A stretch of 64,000 nucleotides of DNA from Macrostomum lignano (Eukaryota). Made by a program: the position numbers and the translations under genes. The notes below the pieces were generated by a model. It saw only the letters and a program-made list of their open reading frames with translations. It had not been told where the DNA came from and searched no databases. Numbering within the stretch: the stretch's first letter is position 1; every line of letters starts with the position of its first letter. This document shows, piece after piece, positions 60,072 through 64,000 of this stretch. The stretch spans positions 124,001 through 188,000 of the forward strand of contig NIVC01000330.1 in NCBI GenBank assembly GCA_002269645.1. Direction: 5' to 3'.

Positions 60072-61060
60072 TAGTGTGTGTCTGTCTGTCTTAGTGTGTG
60101 TCTGTCTGTCTTAGTGTGTGTCTGTCTGTCTGTCTGTCTGTCTGCCTGTCTACCTGTATTAGTGTGTGTCTGTCTTAGTGTCTGCCTGTCTGTCTGTCTG
60201 TCTGTTTTAGTGTCTGCCTGTCTGTCTGTCTGTCTGTCTGTCTGTCTTAGTGTGTGTCTGTCTGTCTTAGTATGTGTCTGTCTGTCTTAGTGTGTGTCTG
60301 TCTGTCTTGGTGTCTGTCTGCCTGTCTACCTGTATTAGTGTGTGTCTGTCTGTCTTAGTGTGTGTCTGTCTGTCTTGGTGTCTGTCTGCCTGTCTACCTG
60401 TATTAGTGTGTGTCTGTCTGTCTTAGTGTGTGTCTGTCTGTCTTGGTGTCTGTCTGCCTGTCTACCTGTATTAGTGTGTGTCTGTCTGTCTTAGTGTGTG
60501 TCTGTCTGTCTTGGTGTCTGTCTGCCTGTCTACCTGTATTAGTGTGTGTCTGTCTGTCTTAGTGTGTGTCTGTCTGTCTTAGTGTCTGTCTGCCTGTCTA
60601 CCTGTATTAGTGTGTGTCTGTCTGTCTTAGTGTGTGTCTGTCTGTCTTGGTGTCTGTCTGCCTGTCTACCTGTATTAGTGTGTGTCTGTCTGTCTTAGTG
60701 TGTGTCTGTCTGTCTTGGTGTCTGTCTGCCTGTCTACCTGTATTAGTGTGTGTCTGTCTGTCTTAGTGTGTGTCTGTCTGTCTTGGTGTCTGTCTGCCTG
60801 TCTACCTGTATTAGTGTGTGTCTGTCTGTCTTAGTGTGTGTCTGTCTGTCTTGGTGTCTGTCTGCCTGTCTACCTGTATTAGTGTGTGTCTGTCTGTCTT
60901 AGTGTGTGTCTGTCTGTCTTAGTGTGTGTCTGTCTGTCTTAGTGTGTGTCTGTCTGTCTTAGTGTGTGTCTGTCTGTCTTAGTGTGTGTCTGTCTGTCTA
61001 AGTGTCTGTCTTTCTGTCTGTCTGTCTGTCTTTCTGTCTGTCTGCCTGCCTGACTGCCTG
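59970..61060. repeat. (CTGT)n-derived compound satellite with a 68-bp higher-order unit
   Basis: ACCTGTATTAG recurs at 60328 and 60396 and onward with period 68. Confidence 0.93.
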
Positions 61061-61496
61061 CCTGCTAATCTCTCAGGCCATTTTATCCTACTCAGTGGAA
61101 TAAGGCGCACTGTTAATCCACTATATGCCCAAAACTGCAAGCGGCTCTAAGCAAGTCGGTTATTCCCAGAATTACTAGTAGCTTATCCCGAATCCGTGGG
61201 AGAAATGTCGAGTGCAGACCCACCCAGCTCTCTTGGAAGGCTTCATTCGAGTCCACTCACCTTTCCCCCTGTCCGGTCCGTCCGGGATTTGCTCCCCAGC
61301 TGACGGCAGGGACACAATCCGGTCCTAATTGCTGCGGCAGCAACGAATGTGTCATCAACTTTTTCTGTACTCATCAGTCTCCATCTCCTTTGCGAAGTAT
61401 AACAAACCTGAGAAATTGCCCAGTGCTTCGAACTTGGAGTGTTGCAAAATTTGACAACAGAATATTGGCGCCTTCGCTAAATGGTCTAAGTCATAG

Positions 61497-62002
61497 ACAT
61501 AGACTATTGGTTTGCATTGCCGAGCTTGCACACAATATCCGAGTGCTATTGGTCTAGGCCATAGACTATTGGTTTGCATTGCCGAGCTTGCACACAATAT
61601 CCGAGTGCTATTGGTCTAGGCCATAGACTATTGGTTTGCATTGCCGAGCTTGCACACAATATCCGAGTGCTATTGGTCTAGGCCATAGACTATTGGTTTG
61701 CATTGCCGAGCTTGCACACAATATCCGAGTGCTATTGGTCTAGGCCATAGACTATTGGTTTGCATTGCCGAGCGTGCACACAATATCCGAGTGCTATTGG
61801 TCTTGGCCATAGACTATTGGTTTGCATTGCCGAGCTTGCACACAATATCCGAGTGCTATTGGTCTAGGCCATAGACTATTGGTTTGCATTGCCGAGCTTG
61901 CACACAATATCCGAGTGCTATTGGTCTTGGCCATAGACTATTGGTTTGCATTGCCGAGCGTGCACACAATATCCGAGTGCTATTGGTCTAGGCCATAGAC
62001 TA
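61497..62002. repeat. Minisatellite, 62-bp unit GGCCATAGACTATTGGTTTGCATTGCCGAGCTTGCACACAATATCCGAGTGCTATTGGTCTA (~8 copies)
   Basis: ATAGAC at 61561, 61623 and 61685. Confidence 0.96.
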
Positions 62003-62599
62003 CGTCGTAAAATCTAAAGAATTATACAATTAAATACTGGTATAAAATCATGAAGTAACAAACTACTCATTTTCAAACGAACTGCACTCGCTCCACCGGC
62101 TGAGAATCAGCATCAGAAACACAGTGGAGACTCGGAGGAAATTCTCCTCTTGGAAAAACAATAACCAAGCAGAATCCTTCAGGATAAATAGATAGACAAT
62201 CGATCTGAAACTTTTCGCAAACTCTTTATCTGCGGGTCAGCAGGGCCTGAGAAATCGGGTTTTTTTCCGGCTCTCCTACCGAGCCCGCCCCCAGCCCATA
62301 GCCCTGGAGAACACTCGACCGGGCCCGGCAGGCAAAAATATTAAAAAAGCAGAGAGAATAAGCAAACATTCTTTCGTGCCAATCGCTGCTCCGCCACAGT
62401 CGCCGATCCTTGAGCTCTGGCAGAATTTTTTTTTTCTGAGCGCGCAGACAAATACATGTTGTAGGCCCGGGGCATGGATAGGCCGGAGGGCAGCTCAACT
62501 CTCTCAGGCTACACTGGGGTTGTTGTTGCACTTTCCTTCCTGCCAGTATCCAAATCTATGGGTAGGTGGGTCCAGGCTGTTCTCATCTGAGACAATCCT

Positions 62600-62682
<83 letters not shown>

Positions 62683-62853
62683 TTGTGTCTTAGTGTCTGT
62701 CTGTCTGTCTGTCTGTCTGTCTTAGTGTCTGTCTGTCTGTCTGTCTTTGTGTCTTAGTGTCTTAGTGTCTGTCTGTCTGTCTGTTTTAGTGTCTGTCTGT
62801 CTGTCTTAGTATCTGTCTGTCTGTCTGTCTGCCTGTCTGTCTGTCTGCCTGCC

Positions 62854-62896
<43 letters not shown>

Positions 62897-62897
62897 T

Positions 62898-62980
<83 letters not shown>
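62600..62980. repeat. Imperfect (CTGT)n microsatellite
   Basis: Direct observation. Confidence 0.96.
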
Positions 62981-63577
62981 ATTGCGCTCACATTAGCGAG
63001 GTGTCTACGAAAACATGATCAAATACATGACTTTTTTGGCCTGCAGATTAAGACTCAGACCTCACCAAAATGGCCCCCTAGCAACTAAACCTCCCTAAAC
63101 TCGTCATGCATTTTGCATCGGCGCTTTATCGCCAATCCGGTATGCTCAGCCGATACGAGCTCACGGCCCCGTCCACTGCTCACACGATGCCAGACTCTCA
63201 CAGTCTCCTATGCGGCCTCCCCCATCCCCAGTTTCTGACGCTCCATCCTGAGGAGAAGAAAAATAGAAAAACAGTCCCATTTTTCGATAAATGACCGACT
63301 CCGGTGTTGGGGCGGTGAGCTGCTTCTCTAAGTCACTCTGAATTCTGGCATAAATTATGCAACAGGTAAATTATTTCTTGTGAAGGAAAAACACTGCCAA
63401 TCTGGGGCTCTGCATTTCCCTCATCCATCTCTTTCTCCGGTTGGCCAAATGAAACCAATTCTTCTTGCCATTGACCCACTCACGGCGAGCAGTTTCTCAG
63501 GATGTAATGGAGGCGATTTTAAGGTCTAAATTGATCAAATAGTCGAAAATCTGAAATCACAAATGGAGTGCTGGAGA

Positions 63578-64000
<423 letters not shown>

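Overview
Eukaryotic (metazoan) genomic DNA with GT-AG introns, GC-rich exons, AT-rich intergenic DNA and many mini/microsatellites. The style suggests a free-living flatworm such as Macrostomum, but this is an unverified inference. Host genes: a 5-exon MATH+BTB protein with a large Q/E/D/L/K repeat N-terminus (3186-7375,+); ELOF1 (2 exons,-); BPHL-type serine hydrolase (2 exons,+); a 4-exon type I membrane protein with CUB-like and LDLa domains (-); an apparently intronless Slo1/BK K+ channel (40160-43405,+); a GT32-like glycosyltransferase with an altered DxD motif (+); and a candidate neuropeptide precursor (53746-54051,-). Mobile DNA: a very young full-length Ty3/Gypsy element (29536-39205,-) with near-identical 1.1 kb LTRs, a tRNA-Leu PBS, gag, pol and an unexplained non-Env third ORF; a Merlin DNA transposon derivative with TIRs and an 8-bp TSD; two MITEs; an inverted RTE-like LINE fragment; a decayed Penelope-like element; and two tRNA-derived SINE families. 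No rRNA, true tRNA or CRISPR array. The best leads are the Gypsy ORF3 with its upstream motif array, duplicated PBS and frameshift architecture, the intronless BK channel, and the neuropeptide precursor.
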